From Dickeya solani IPO 2222 (GTDB lineage: Bacteria > Pseudomonadota > Gammaproteobacteria > Enterobacterales > Enterobacteriaceae): a DNA stretch of 32,000 bases. Positions 9,255 through 17,931 of the stretch are shown piece after piece. Every line of letters begins with the position of its first letter. Position 1 is the stretch's first letter. The translations under genes were made by a program, and so were the position numbers. The notes under the pieces were generated by a model. The model was not told the origin of the DNA. It ran no database searches and worked only from the letters and a program-made list of their open reading frames with translations. The DNA lies in NCBI RefSeq assembly GCF_001644705.1, contig NZ_CP015137.1, forward strand, positions 90,001 through 122,000, given 5' to 3'.

Positions 9255-11321
9255 ATGAAAACCATCAAAAACATGTCGATCTGGATTGCCGTAGCCATAG
9301 CGGGCGCTGTGGCGTTCGCCATGCTGGCCCTGAGCCAGGGTGAGCATGTGAACGCCGTCTGGCTGGTGATCGCGGCTGTCGCTTGTTATAGCATCGCTTA
9401 CCGCTTCTACAGCCTGTTTATTGCGCGTCGGGTGTTTGAACTGGATGACCGCCGTCTGACCCCCGCCGAGCGCCGCAACGACGGGCTGGATTATGTCCCC
9501 ACCAATAAATGGGTATTGTTCGGTCACCATTTTGCCGCCATCGCTGGCGCCGGCCCGCTGGTAGGGCCGATTTTGGCCGCACAGATGGGCTTTCTGCCGG
9601 GGACGCTGTGGATTTTGATTGGCGTCATGCTGGCCGGCGCGGTGCAGGATTTTCTGGTGCTGTTTATCTCCACCCGGCGCGACGGCCGCTCATTGGGCGA
9701 AATGGCGCGTCAGGAACTGGGCTCCTTCGCCGGCGTGGTGACCATGCTGGGGGCGCTGGGCGTCATGATCATCATCCTGTCGGCGCTGGCGCTGGTGGTG
9801 GTCAAAGCGTTGGCCAACAGCCCGTGGGGGATGTTCACGATCGCCGCCACCATCCCGATTGCGCTGTTCATGGGCGTCTACATGCGATTCCTGCGACCGG
9901 GCAAGATTGCCGAAGTGTCGCTGATCGGTTTTGTGCTGATGATGATGGCGATTGTTTACGGCGGCGACATCGCCGCCCATCCTTACTGGGGACCGTTTTT
10001 TACCCTCAAGGGCACGACGCTGACCTGGGTACTGGTGATTTACGGATTTGTCGCGTCGGTACTGCCGGTGTGGCTGCTGCTGGCGCCGCGTGACTACCTT
10101 TCTACGTTCCTGAAGATCGGCGTGATCGTCGGGCTGGCGATCGGTATCCTGTTTGCCATGCCGGAGCTGAAAATGCCCGCCGTTTCGCGCTTTATCGACG
10201 GCAGCGGGCCGGTGTTCTCCGGCAGCCTGTTCCCGTTCCTGTTCATCACCATCGCCTGCGGCGCCATCTCCGGCTTCCATGCGCTGGTATCCAGCGGCAC
10301 CACACCCAAGCTGGTCGAGCGCGAAAGCCATATCCGTTTCATCGGCTATGGCGCAATGCTGATGGAGTCTTTCGTGGCGATCATGGCGCTGATTTGCGCC
10401 TCGGTGATCGACCCCGGCGTCTATTTCGCCATGAACGCGCCGGCCGCGCTGATTGGCACCACCGTGGAAAACGCCGCGCAGGTGATCAGCGGGTGGGGTT
10501 TCGTTATTACGCCGGATGATTTGACCAACATCGCCAAAGACGTGGGCGAAGCCTCGATTCTGTCCCGCGCCGGCGGCGCGCCGACCTTTGCCGTCGGCAT
10601 GGCGCATATCATCACGGAGATCTTCAACAGCCGGGCCATGATGGCGTTCTGGTATCACTTTGCCATTCTGTTCGAAGCGCTGTTCATTCTTACCGCCGTT
10701 GACGCCGGTACCCGTGCCTGCCGATTCATGGTACAGGACCTGGCCGGGCTGGTGGTGCCGAACATGGGCAAGAGCCACTCCTGGCTGGGTAATATGGCCG
10801 GGACCACCGTGGCGGTGGCCGGCTGGGGATTCTTCGTCTATCAAGGTGTGATCGACCCGCTGGGCGGCATCAACACGCTGTGGCCGCTGTTCGGCATCGG
10901 TAACCAGATGCTGGCGTCGATGGCGCTGATTCTCGGCACCGTGGTGCTGTTTAAAATGAAGAAACAGCGCTACGCCTGGGTGACGATACTGCCTACCGCC
11001 TGGCTGTTCATCACCTCGATGACCGCCGGCTGGCAGAAGATCTTCCACGAAAAACCCAGCATCGGTTTTCTGGCGCAGGCCAAACGGTTCTCCACTGGCA
11101 TCGAATCCGGTACGCTGATCGCCCCGGCGAAAAACATGCAGGACATGGCGACCATCGTGTTCAGTAACCAGATTAACGCCATCCTGTGCGGCTTCTTCAT
11201 GCTGGTCGCCGTTACTATGCTGGTCGCCGCGTTCTTCGCCATCCGTCGCGCGCTGCGCAGCAACGAACCCACCACGCACGAAACGGCGGCGGCGTGGCGT
11301 GAAGAGGCGCGTAACGGCTGA
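9255..11321 (+). CDS. cstA: Carbon starvation protein A (CstA family peptide/pyruvate transporter)
   Basis: The 688-aa polytopic membrane protein has AGGAG 8 nt upstream of its ATG. Long stretches match E. coli CstA, including NDGLDYVPTNKWVLFGHHFAAIAGAGPLVGP, FPFLFITIACGAISGFHALVSSGTTPK, WYHFAILFEALFILTAVDAGTR and INTLWPLFGIGNQMLA...KMKKQRYAWV..TAGWQK. It is closer to CstA than to BtsT/YjiY. Confidence 0.93.
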   Translation: MKTIKNMSIWIAVAIAGAVAFAMLALSQGEHVNAVWLVIAAVACYSIAYRFYSLFIARRVFELDDRRLTPAERRNDGLDYVPTNKWVLFGHHFAAIAGAGPLVGPILAAQMGFLPGTLWILIGVMLAGAVQDFLVLFISTRRDGRSLGEMARQELGSFAGVVTMLGALGVMIIILSALALVVVKALANSPWGMFTIAATIPIALFMGVYMRFLRPGKIAEVSLIGFVLMMMAIVYGGDIAAHPYWGPFFTLKGTTLTWVLVIYGFVASVLPVWLLLAPRDYLSTFLKIGVIVGLAIGILFAMPELKMPAVSRFIDGSGPVFSGSLFPFLFITIACGAISGFHALVSSGTTPKLVERESHIRFIGYGAMLMESFVAIMALICASVIDPGVYFAMNAPAALIGTTVENAAQVISGWGFVITPDDLTNIAKDVGEASILSRAGGAPTFAVGMAHIITEIFNSRAMMAFWYHFAILFEALFILTAVDAGTRACRFMVQDLAGLVVPNMGKSHSWLGNMAGTTVAVAGWGFFVYQGVIDPLGGINTLWPLFGIGNQMLASMALILGTVVLFKMKKQRYAWVTILPTAWLFITSMTAGWQKIFHEKPSIGFLAQAKRFSTGIESGTLIAPAKNMQDMATIVFSNQINAILCGFFMLVAVTMLVAAFFAIRRALRSNEPTTHETAAAWREEARNG

Positions 11322-11391
11322 CAGCCATATCCCCAGCGCAGATGCCCATATTGCCGAGCAGCGTGAAATGGGCGTGTTATGGTTGGCGTAT

Positions 11392-11417
11392 CACACCTCC
11401 CTTTGCCGGGAGGTGTG
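11392..11417. terminator. Hairpin between convergent cstA and kdgT (probable bidirectional terminator)
   Basis: CACACCTCCC-tttgcc-GGGAGGTGTG forms a perfect 10-bp stem in the 104-bp convergent spacer. Confidence 0.55.
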
Positions 11418-11425
11418 AACCGCGT

Positions 11426-12442
11426 TTAGTGATGCGCCGCGCGCTGTTGCTCCGTCTTCTCTTCCGCCGCGTCTTCCTGCGGCACAGTACCATCACCGCC
11501 TTTGACGCGTTTTGACCACATCGCGGTGATGATCGGTACCAGGACGGAGGTGACGATTACCGACGTCGCCACCAGCGTGGTGGCCGCCGGCGCCACCGGC
11601 TTAAACGCCGGGACCATTTCTGCAATCAGCACCGGCGTCGCCACCGCCGCACCCGCCGAACTGGACGCAGCAATGCCCGCGGTACCGTCACCGCCGCCCA
11701 GCACTTTGTCCGCCACTATCAGCGGAATGCCGGTAATGATGATCACTGATATCCCCAGCAATACCCCCAGCAGCCCGGTTTGACCAATAACGCTCAGATC
11801 GATGGTATTGCCGAGCGCGAAGGCAAAGAACGGGATCAGCGTTTGTACCGCCCGGCTGAAAAAATCGCGTAATTCCGGATCCAGATTCCCCAACACGAAC
11901 CCCACCAGAAACGGCAGCACCGCACCAACAAACACATGCGGCTCAAACGAGGCAATGCCGGCGGTGCCAAGAATCACCATGGTCATCAGCGGACCGGACT
12001 CCAGCGACATCAGCACGAACGCGCCCGACTCCTCTTTGGTGCCGTACTGCTGCATGATCGAGGCGTACAGACCACCGTTGGTCATGTCCATCGCCGCCAC
12101 CAGCGCCAGCGTGGACAACCCGGCAAAAAATCCCGCTTCAACCCCGTGTTCCGGCAAAATACGCGAAGCCACCGCCGCGACCACCCAGGCCACGGCAATT
12201 TTCGTCACCACCAGCGTGCCGGATTTACGCAGCACCGTTCCGGTGGCGCTCAGCCGAATCGATGCCCCCATACAGAAGAACCACACCGCCAGAATCGGCA
12301 CCGTGCCGCTGATCAAACCGTTGGTAAAGGACCCGAAATACTTGCCGGCCCCCGGCGCAAAGGTATGGCACAGCGCGCCGAGGAATAACGGCACCAGCAT
12401 CATGCCGCCCGGAATCTTTTCGATAGAACGCTTGATATGCAT
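11426..12442 (-). CDS. kdgT: 2-keto-3-deoxygluconate permease KdgT
   Basis: From the ATG at 12442 the product reads [42 protein letters not shown]..., nearly identical to E. coli KdgT ([28 protein letters not shown]...). An alternative ATG lies 3 codons upstream at 12451. The 422-aa ORF-track version adds a non-protein-like N-terminal extension. Confidence 0.93.
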   Translation of the reverse strand: MHIKRSIEKIPGGMMLVPLFLGALCHTFAPGAGKYFGSFTNGLISGTVPILAVWFFCMGASIRLSATGTVLRKSGTLVVTKIAVAWVVAAVASRILPEHGVEAGFFAGLSTLALVAAMDMTNGGLYASIMQQYGTKEESGAFVLMSLESGPLMTMVILGTAGIASFEPHVFVGAVLPFLVGFVLGNLDPELRDFFSRAVQTLIPFFAFALGNTIDLSVIGQTGLLGVLLGISVIIITGIPLIVADKVLGGGDGTAGIAASSSAGAAVATPVLIAEMVPAFKPVAPAATTLVATSVIVTSVLVPIITAMWSKRVKGGDGTVPQEDAAEEKTEQQRAAHH

Positions 12443-12684
12443 AGGATTCATTGCCTGAAAAAGGGACAGAAACCATGAGCAATACGGACGCCACCCGTTA
12501 TGACCTTCATCATGACGGGATACCGTCCGTTCAGCCCACCCGAAGGTCGGGCTGCGCCACATCCATGCACATGCATCGTCAGCGTGACGACGAAGAAAAC
12601 GACTCCAGGGGGACACAGCCCATACACTTCTCATTGCTGAAGGTAGTCGTTTAGGCGGGGGATAAAAGTGATCGCTTGCAAACA

Positions 12685-12701
12685 AATGAAACAATGTTTC
12701 T
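12685..12701. promoter_or_regulatory. KdgR operator-like site upstream of kdgT
   Basis: AATGAAACAATGTTTCT matches the KdgR consensus AATRAAAYRNYRTTTYA, as I recall it, at 16 of 17 positions, and it is a near-perfect dyad (GAAACA/TGTTTC). kdgT is a classical KdgR-regulon member in Erwinia/Dickeya and E. coli. Confidence 0.6.
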
Positions 12702-12826
12702 TTTTTTACAGATCATTATTTCATTTATGTCGCAATGAAGACGATGAAATAAACCAAACCCATCAAACGATGGTGAAAATGTCGTCACGTTCGTCAGCCG
12801 CCGCGCACCGACGAACGCTTAGATTC

Positions 12827-13522
12827 TTACTGCCCGTAGTACGCGTTCTTACCGTGCTTGCGCAGATAGTGCTTATCCAGCAGCGCCGCCTGCATCGGCT
12901 CCAGCGCCGGGGTTAACTGGCGCGAGAAAATACCCATATAGGCGATCTCTTCCAACACCACCGCGTTATGTACCGCGTTATGCGCGTCGGTTCCCCAGGC
13001 GAACGGGCCGTGCGCATTAACCAGCACCGCCGGGACATCCTGCGGCGACAGGCCGCGCTCGCGGAAGGTGTCCACAATCACCTGTCCGGTTTCCCACTCG
13101 TAGCAACCGTTGATTTCCGCTTCGGTCATCAACCGGGTACAGGGGATCGGACCGTAGAAATAATCGGCGTGGGTGGTGCCCCACGGCGGCAAGTCTTTCC
13201 CGGCCTGCGCCCAGATGGTGGCATGCCGGGAATGGGTATGGACGATACCACCCAGCGAGGCGAAAGCCAGATACAACACACGGTGGGTGTCGGTGTCGGA
13301 CGAGGGTTTACGCTGCCCTTCCACCACCTGGCCGGTTTCCAGACTCACCACCACCATATCCTGCACGGTCATAACGTCGTACTCTACGCCCGAGGGCTTG
13401 ATCACCATCAAACCGCGCTCACGATCTACCGCGCTGACATTCCCCCAGGTGAAGGTCACCAACTGATGCCGGGGCAAAGCCAGATTGGCTTCAAGCACCT
13501 GAATTTTCAGTTCTTCCAACAT
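12827..13522 (-). CDS. araD: L-ribulose-5-phosphate 4-epimerase (AraD/SgbE/UlaF family, class II aldolase fold)
   Basis: From the ATG at 13522 (GGGAGG upstream; second of two adjacent ATGs) the product reads [45 protein letters not shown]...[14 protein letters not shown]...[18 protein letters not shown]. It is 231 aa and collinear with E. coli AraD. Which paralogue it represents (araD, sgbE or ulaF) cannot be settled by eye. Confidence 0.88.
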   Translation of the reverse strand: MLEELKIQVLEANLALPRHQLVTFTWGNVSAVDRERGLMVIKPSGVEYDVMTVQDMVVVSLETGQVVEGQRKPSSDTDTHRVLYLAFASLGGIVHTHSRHATIWAQAGKDLPPWGTTHADYFYGPIPCTRLMTEAEINGCYEWETGQVIVDTFRERGLSPQDVPAVLVNAHGPFAWGTDAHNAVHNAVVLEEIAYMGIFSRQLTPALEPMQAALLDKHYLRKHGKNAYYGQ

Positions 13523-13853
13523 CATCCGCCCTCCCGTGTGATTTATTCTATTTTCACGTCCGGCTGCCGGCGCAGGTATGGGCTGAATGGCTGAAAAGCA
13601 GGCTGCGTTCTGCTGGGACCACAGGAAAGGGATCGGGCCGACACGGGGTTTTGACAAAAGAGGGGTAAACGCTGTCAGGGCACTGTGAATTAAGAATTTT
13701 TCACCTGTTACGGCCCCTGCCGGTAATTATACTGGCAGCCAGGTAACACACAGCTGGTAACGTCGATTCCATAAACTGAATTCGCGTTACGACAAGATTT
13801 TCCATGCCTGCGACTATGCGGAGTCATGGAACATGAACAACAGGAGAATAATC

Positions 13854-14069
13854 ATGCAAATCAATAAAAAATTCACAACGGCCGTGCTGGCTATGGTGAT
13901 AGTAAGCACACTGGCGGGCTGCGCGGGCATGAACAAGCGCCAGCGTAATACCGCTATCGGCGCCGGCATCGGCGCACTCGGCGGTGCGGTGCTGACCAAC
14001 GGCAGCGCGCTCGGCACCGTCGGCGGCGCAGCGGTAGGCGGCGTTATCGGTCACCAGACCACGAAATAA
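13854..14069 (+). CDS. osmB: Osmotically inducible lipoprotein OsmB
   Basis: The ATG at 13854 has AGGAG 7 nt upstream. The product reads MQINKKFTTAVLAMVIVSTLAGC... (lipobox LAGC) followed by RNTAIGAGIGALGGAVLTNGSALGTVGGAAVGGVIGHQ, matching the Gly-rich core of E. coli OsmB. It is 71 aa. Confidence 0.92.
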   Translation: MQINKKFTTAVLAMVIVSTLAGCAGMNKRQRNTAIGAGIGALGGAVLTNGSALGTVGGAAVGGVIGHQTTK

Positions 14070-14122
14070 CCGCCCTACAACCATCACCACCTCCCTGAGA
14101 GGTGGTTTAAAGCTGGCAATCA

Positions 14123-14154
14123 AACAGGCTCCCGTAGGAGCCTGTTCTGTTTTT
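14123..14154 (+). terminator. Rho-independent terminator of osmB
   Basis: AACAGGCTCC-cgta-GGAGCCTGTT (10-bp stem) is followed by CTGTTTTT. A second hairpin, ACCACCTC-cctga-GAGGTGGT, lies upstream at about 14083-14107. Confidence 0.8.
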
Positions 14155-14188
14155 ACGCGTCAGCCGGCATATCGCGGCGCAGCATGAC

Positions 14189-14515
14189 TTAGCCCCCGGC
14201 CAGCTTGACTTTCATGCCTTTGGCTTCCAACAACTGCTTGAGTTGATCACGCTTATCGCCCTGGATTTCGATCACGCCATCCTTCACCGCGCCGCCGCAA
14301 CCACACTTCTTTTTCAGTTCCGCCGCCAACGCTTCCAGCGCAGCATCATCCAGATCGATGCCGGTAATCAGGCACACGCCCTTACCCTTGCGCCCGCTGG
14401 TCTGACGTCGAATGCGTGCGATACCGTCCCCTTTCGGACGGGCCGCTTTTGCCGCGGGTTCATCTATACGCCCGGTTTCGGTGGAATACACCAGACGGCT
14501 GTTATCATCGCGCAT
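14189..14515 (-). CDS. yciH: Translation initiation factor SUI1-like protein YciH
   Basis: The product [20 protein letters not shown]...RQTSGRKGKGVCLITG.DLDDA...AAELKKKCGCGGAVKDGVIEIQGDKRD.LK.LLEAKGMKVKLAGG is almost identical to E. coli YciH. The ATG at 14515 overlaps the pyrF stop (TGATG). The ORF-track start is a GTG one codon upstream. Confidence 0.95.
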   Translation of the reverse strand: MRDDNSRLVYSTETGRIDEPAAKAARPKGDGIARIRRQTSGRKGKGVCLITGIDLDDAALEALAAELKKKCGCGGAVKDGVIEIQGDKRDQLKQLLEAKGMKVKLAGG

Positions 14516-15273
14516 CACTGGCCCCCCAGCGCGGCCAGAATCGCTTTCAGCGTCTGGGCTGGCTCGGTGGACTGCGTAATCGGACGGCCAATCACCATGT
14601 AATCCACCCCGGCCTGCTGCGCCTGTTGTGGCGTCATAATGCGGCGTTGATCGCCCGCATCGCTGCCCGCCGGGCGAATCCCCGGCGTTACCAGCCGGAA
14701 ATCCGCGCCGCAGGCCTGCTTCAGCCGTACCGCTTCATGGGCGGAACAAACCACGCCATCCAGACCGCATTGTTGCGTCAGCCGCGCCAGTTTCTCCGCC
14801 TGCTCCGCGGGCGACAGGGTAATCCCCAGCCCCTGCAGATCCGCCTCATCCATACTGGTCAGCACCGTCACCGCAATCAGCAACGGCGCATTGCCGCCAA
14901 ACGGCGTCAGCGCGTCACGCGCCGCTGTCATCATGCGTGCGCCACCGCTGGCGTGCACATTGACCATCCATACCCCCAGCTCCGCGGCAGCGGCTACGGC
15001 TCTGGCCGTGGTGTTGGGAATATCGTGAAATTTGAGATCGAGAAACACATCAAAGCCGCGTTGTTGCAAGTCTTTGACCAGTTGCGGCCCAAACAGCGTG
15101 AACATCTCTTTGCCGACTTTCAGCCGACAGTCTTTCGGGTCGATGCGATCGACAAAGTCATAGGCCGCACGCTGATCGGCGTAATCCAGCGCAACAATAA
15201 TCGGAGAACCGGTAACCGTGGTATTCAAAGAGGTGTGTGAGCCGTTCACTGGTATGATCCCGTCGTTAAGCAT
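14515..15273 (-). CDS. pyrF: Orotidine-5'-phosphate decarboxylase PyrF
   Basis: SPIIVALDY...[68 protein letters not shown] matches E. coli PyrF closely. The start is uncertain. The ATG at 15273 has no obvious SD, and a GTG at 15249 preceded by GGGA would give a length closer to the E. coli protein. Confidence 0.93.
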   Translation of the reverse strand: MLNDGIIPVNGSHTSLNTTVTGSPIIVALDYADQRAAYDFVDRIDPKDCRLKVGKEMFTLFGPQLVKDLQQRGFDVFLDLKFHDIPNTTARAVAAAAELGVWMVNVHASGGARMMTAARDALTPFGGNAPLLIAVTVLTSMDEADLQGLGITLSPAEQAEKLARLTQQCGLDGVVCSAHEAVRLKQACGADFRLVTPGIRPAGSDAGDQRRIMTPQQAQQAGVDYMVIGRPITQSTEPAQTLKAILAALGGQ

Positions 15274-15426
15274 GAGTGAGTTAAATCATTTCCGCCGCGC
15301 ATTCTACCCGCCCCTGCCGGCAAATGCCAAACCGCGCGATAGCCTGACCGGACCACAGCGCAGCAGGCTCATTAGTATGTTGTAACTAACTAGCCAGACA
15401 ACAAGCTACAACAGACGGTGGGGAAG

Positions 15427-16596
15427 CTATTCCCCGTCCAACCCCCGGATGGGTTTCACGCTGGCCCAAGTGCGGCAGGAAGGGCAATGCCAGTAGAGCG
15501 ACTGCGAGGTGAAGCCGCATTTGTGACAGCGATAGCGCGGCTTGGCCTGAATCTGCTCGCCAACCATGTTGCGCAGCACCAGCAGGCTTTCCTTGGCGCG
15601 GCCATCCTCCGCTTCACGCAGATGGTAATCGATCAACCGATGGAACACCCGCATGGTGGGGTAGCGTTGCAACTGACGGGTTACGTAAGTCTGAGCCGAC
15701 TCCGTACTTTCATACTGCTCCAGCACATCCGCCATCATCAGGTCTGCGGTGGAACCACTTTTCTCTTCAACGCAACGGCGCAGAAACGCCGCCCAGTTCT
15801 CCGGTTGCTGCAGGTGGCGGTAGCACTCCTGCAGCATTGGCAGCGTTTCACTGACCAACTCCGTATCCTGCGCCAGAACCTGCTGCAGCACGGCAACAGC
15901 CTGGGCATAATTTTGCTGCGCCATATAGATACGCCCCAGCATGATAGACACGCGGGCGCATTGGTTATCCGCGGCGGACGCCTTTTTCAGCATCGCCATC
16001 GCCTTGTCGAGATCATCGCTGCCCATCGCCTGTAGCGATTGCTCGCAATAGAAATGGGCGATTTCGCTGCGCAACTGCGTTTTACCCAGCTTGACCAGTT
16101 TTTCGGCGGTATCGATGGCGTTCGGCCAGTCGCTGGTGAACTGGTGAATCTGCAGCAGTTGCTGCAACGCACTGACGCGAAAGTCTTCTTCATCCACCAG
16201 TTGCTTGAAGATTTCTTCGGCGCGGTCGTACAGCCCGGCCACCATGTAGTCGCGCCCCAGTTGCTGCACCGCCAGCAGTCGCTGTTCAAAACTGAGGGAG
16301 GCGCTTTCGGTCAGCGCCTGATGGATGCGGATGGCGCGATCCACCTCGCCGCGCGAGCGGAACAGATTGCCGAGAGTCAGGTGAGCTTCGAAGGTATTGC
16401 TGTCGTCCTTGAGCATGTCAAGAAATAGCTCGACGGCTTTATCCTGCTGGTTGGACAACAGAAAATTCACCCCGGTGACGTATTCGCGCGACAGTCGGTT
16501 GGTTTCATCCTGTTTGTCCTGCTGTGCACTCCTGCGCCCCATATACCAGCCATAGGCGGCGGCAACCGGCAGCAACAGAAACAGCAGTTCTAGCAT
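15427..16596 (-). CDS. lapB: Lipopolysaccharide assembly protein B (LapB/YciM), TPR plus rubredoxin-like zinc finger
   Basis: The 389-aa product begins MLELLFLLLPVAAAYGWYMGRRS (N-terminal membrane anchor). It has TPR repeats and the C-terminal YRCHKCGF....YWHCPSC metal-binding motif. It lies in conserved lapA-lapB-pyrF order. Confidence 0.95.
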   Translation of the reverse strand: MLELLFLLLPVAAAYGWYMGRRSAQQDKQDETNRLSREYVTGVNFLLSNQQDKAVELFLDMLKDDSNTFEAHLTLGNLFRSRGEVDRAIRIHQALTESASLSFEQRLLAVQQLGRDYMVAGLYDRAEEIFKQLVDEEDFRVSALQQLLQIHQFTSDWPNAIDTAEKLVKLGKTQLRSEIAHFYCEQSLQAMGSDDLDKAMAMLKKASAADNQCARVSIMLGRIYMAQQNYAQAVAVLQQVLAQDTELVSETLPMLQECYRHLQQPENWAAFLRRCVEEKSGSTADLMMADVLEQYESTESAQTYVTRQLQRYPTMRVFHRLIDYHLREAEDGRAKESLLVLRNMVGEQIQAKPRYRCHKCGFTSQSLYWHCPSCRTWASVKPIRGLDGE

Positions 16597-16607
16597 GGAA
16601 GCGATCC

Positions 16608-16916
16608 TTAGTGGGTAGCTGACTCAGCGGAGGGGGCGTTGCTGGCGCTCTCCGGGGCAGGCAGTTGCTGCTCAAGACGTTTGATTTTACGTTGTTCGCG
16701 CCCCAGCGCAATGCGCAGGCGCAGATAAAACAGGCCGCAGATCACCCAGCCGAGGGCAAAACCAGCGGCAAACAGCGTCGCCAGCAACGTCGACAACCGG
16801 TATTCCCCCTGCGCCAGCAGATAGTTGAAGGTAATAACCTGATCGTTATGCGCTCCCAGCGTGATCGATACGATGAATACCGCCAGCACCAGAAAAAAAA
16901 TCAGCATATATTTCAC
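16608..16916 (-). CDS. lapA: Lipopolysaccharide assembly protein A (LapA/YciS)
   Basis: The 102-aa product MKYMLIFFLVLAVFIVSITLGAHNDQVITFNYLLAQGEYRLSTLLA.LFAAGFA.GW.ICGLF matches E. coli LapA. It uses a GTG start at 16916 with AGGAAG 5 nt upstream, and lies 11 nt upstream of lapB. Confidence 0.92.
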   Translation of the reverse strand: MKYMLIFFLVLAVFIVSITLGAHNDQVITFNYLLAQGEYRLSTLLATLFAAGFALGWVICGLFYLRLRIALGREQRKIKRLEQQLPAPESASNAPSAESATH

Positions 16917-17108
16917 GTTCGCTTCCTGTGATATCGCCTTAAACGGATGAATTATGCCAAATTTCGGCAGTGAACCCTATTAACTTAACATTTCCTCATC
17001 GGGTGGGAAACGCTAACGGGAATAGCGGAGGGAAAAACGGATGGCGGCGCACAGCGACCGATGTCCAGGGCCGACGATGTCCAGGCCCGATGTACGGAAC
17101 CAAAGTAC

Positions 17109-17141
17109 AGAAGGATGCCCGACAAACGTCGGCATCCTTCT
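17109..17141 (-). terminator. Strong hairpin immediately downstream of pgpB (possible terminator or RNA-stabilising element)
   Basis: AGAAGGATGCC(C)GAC-aaac-GTCGGCATCCTTCT forms a 14-bp stem with one bulge, 20 nt after the pgpB stop. Only a weak U-tract follows on the minus strand. Confidence 0.5.
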
Positions 17142-17160
17142 GGCGGGCGAGCATAACCGG

Positions 17161-17931
17161 TCAGGCGTCCGGGTGCGCAGGCCTGCGATAGGTTGCGGTC
17201 TGCGGCACAGCGGCGGTGAGCAACGGACCACACCAGCGCTGCGCCAGCCACACGGCAACCACCGCCAGCCCGGCGCTAATCAGGGTGGCGGTCGCCAAGT
17301 CCTGCGGCCAGTGCATCCCCAGCAGCAGACGACTGCCGATAACGCTGTTCGCCCACAATATAATTAACGAAACCGTTACATAATGGCGTCGGGTCCACAG
17401 CAATCCTACCGCCAACAGCGCCCAGGTAGCGGCAAACATGGCATGGCCGGACGGGAAAGAATAATCAGCCTGTTCCTGCCAGTGCTGACGCTGCCACAGC
17501 GGCAATTGTGATTCCTGCTGCAGTTGCTGTTCCAGCAGGCTGGCGCGCGCGCTGGCCGGCAGTGAATAAAAATAGCGGTCATCCACCTGATGCGCCTGTT
17601 CCAACCAGACCACGAATGGCCGGGCTTCCTGCGTCCAGTTTTTCATGACCGATTTGACGCCCTGCCCCAGCACTACGCTGGCAAGCAGTATCGTCACCAA
17701 CACCAACGCCGGGCGAATACGCACGCGCAACAGCCATAAGAACCAGACCGACAGCAACACGCTGGTCAGAATTCCCCACGGCGCCGACACGGTTTCCGTC
17801 ATCCAGAACAAGGGCTTAAGCCACCACCCCGACACGGTCGGCTGCCACTGCCATCCCGTAGTCCAGACCAACACAGGCAACACCATCAATGATATTGTGC
17901 CAATCAGAATGCGTCTGACCAGGTCGTGCAT
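17161..17931 (-). CDS. pgpB: Phosphatidylglycerophosphatase B (PAP2 family)
   Basis: The 256-aa membrane protein carries PAP2 motifs (KxxxxxxRP as KNWTQEARP, PSGH as FPSGHAMFA, and SRxxxxxHxxxD as SRLLLGMHWPQD). It occupies the conserved position upstream of lapA and divergent from ribA. Confidence 0.9.
   Translation of the reverse strand: MHDLVRRILIGTISLMVLPVLVWTTGWQWQPTVSGWWLKPLFWMTETVSAPWGILTSVLLSVWFLWLLRVRIRPALVLVTILLASVVLGQGVKSVMKNWTQEARPFVVWLEQAHQVDDRYFYSLPASARASLLEQQLQQESQLPLWQRQHWQEQADYSFPSGHAMFAATWALLAVGLLWTRRHYVTVSLIILWANSVIGSRLLLGMHWPQDLATATLISAGLAVVAVWLAQRWCGPLLTAAVPQTATYRRPAHPDA

Noticed and set aside
11322-11425. A possible ybdD-like (DUF466) small gene after cstA.
   Set aside because: Only 104 bp are available. 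The sole small ORF (26 codons, MPILPSSVKWACYGW...) bears no resemblance to YbdD/YjiX and overlaps the terminator hairpin.
12443-12694. An 84-codon N-terminal extension of the kdgT ORF, giving the 422-aa ORF-track call.
   Set aside because: The extension ([37 protein letters not shown]...) has no transporter character. Homology to KdgT begins exactly at MHIKRSIEK, and the extension would run across the KdgR operator.
13760-13810. AraC-like TCCATA motifs upstream of the araD-like gene.
   Set aside because: The two TCCAT motifs are 33 bp apart rather than the 21-bp I1-I2 spacing. They also point away from the epimerase gene.
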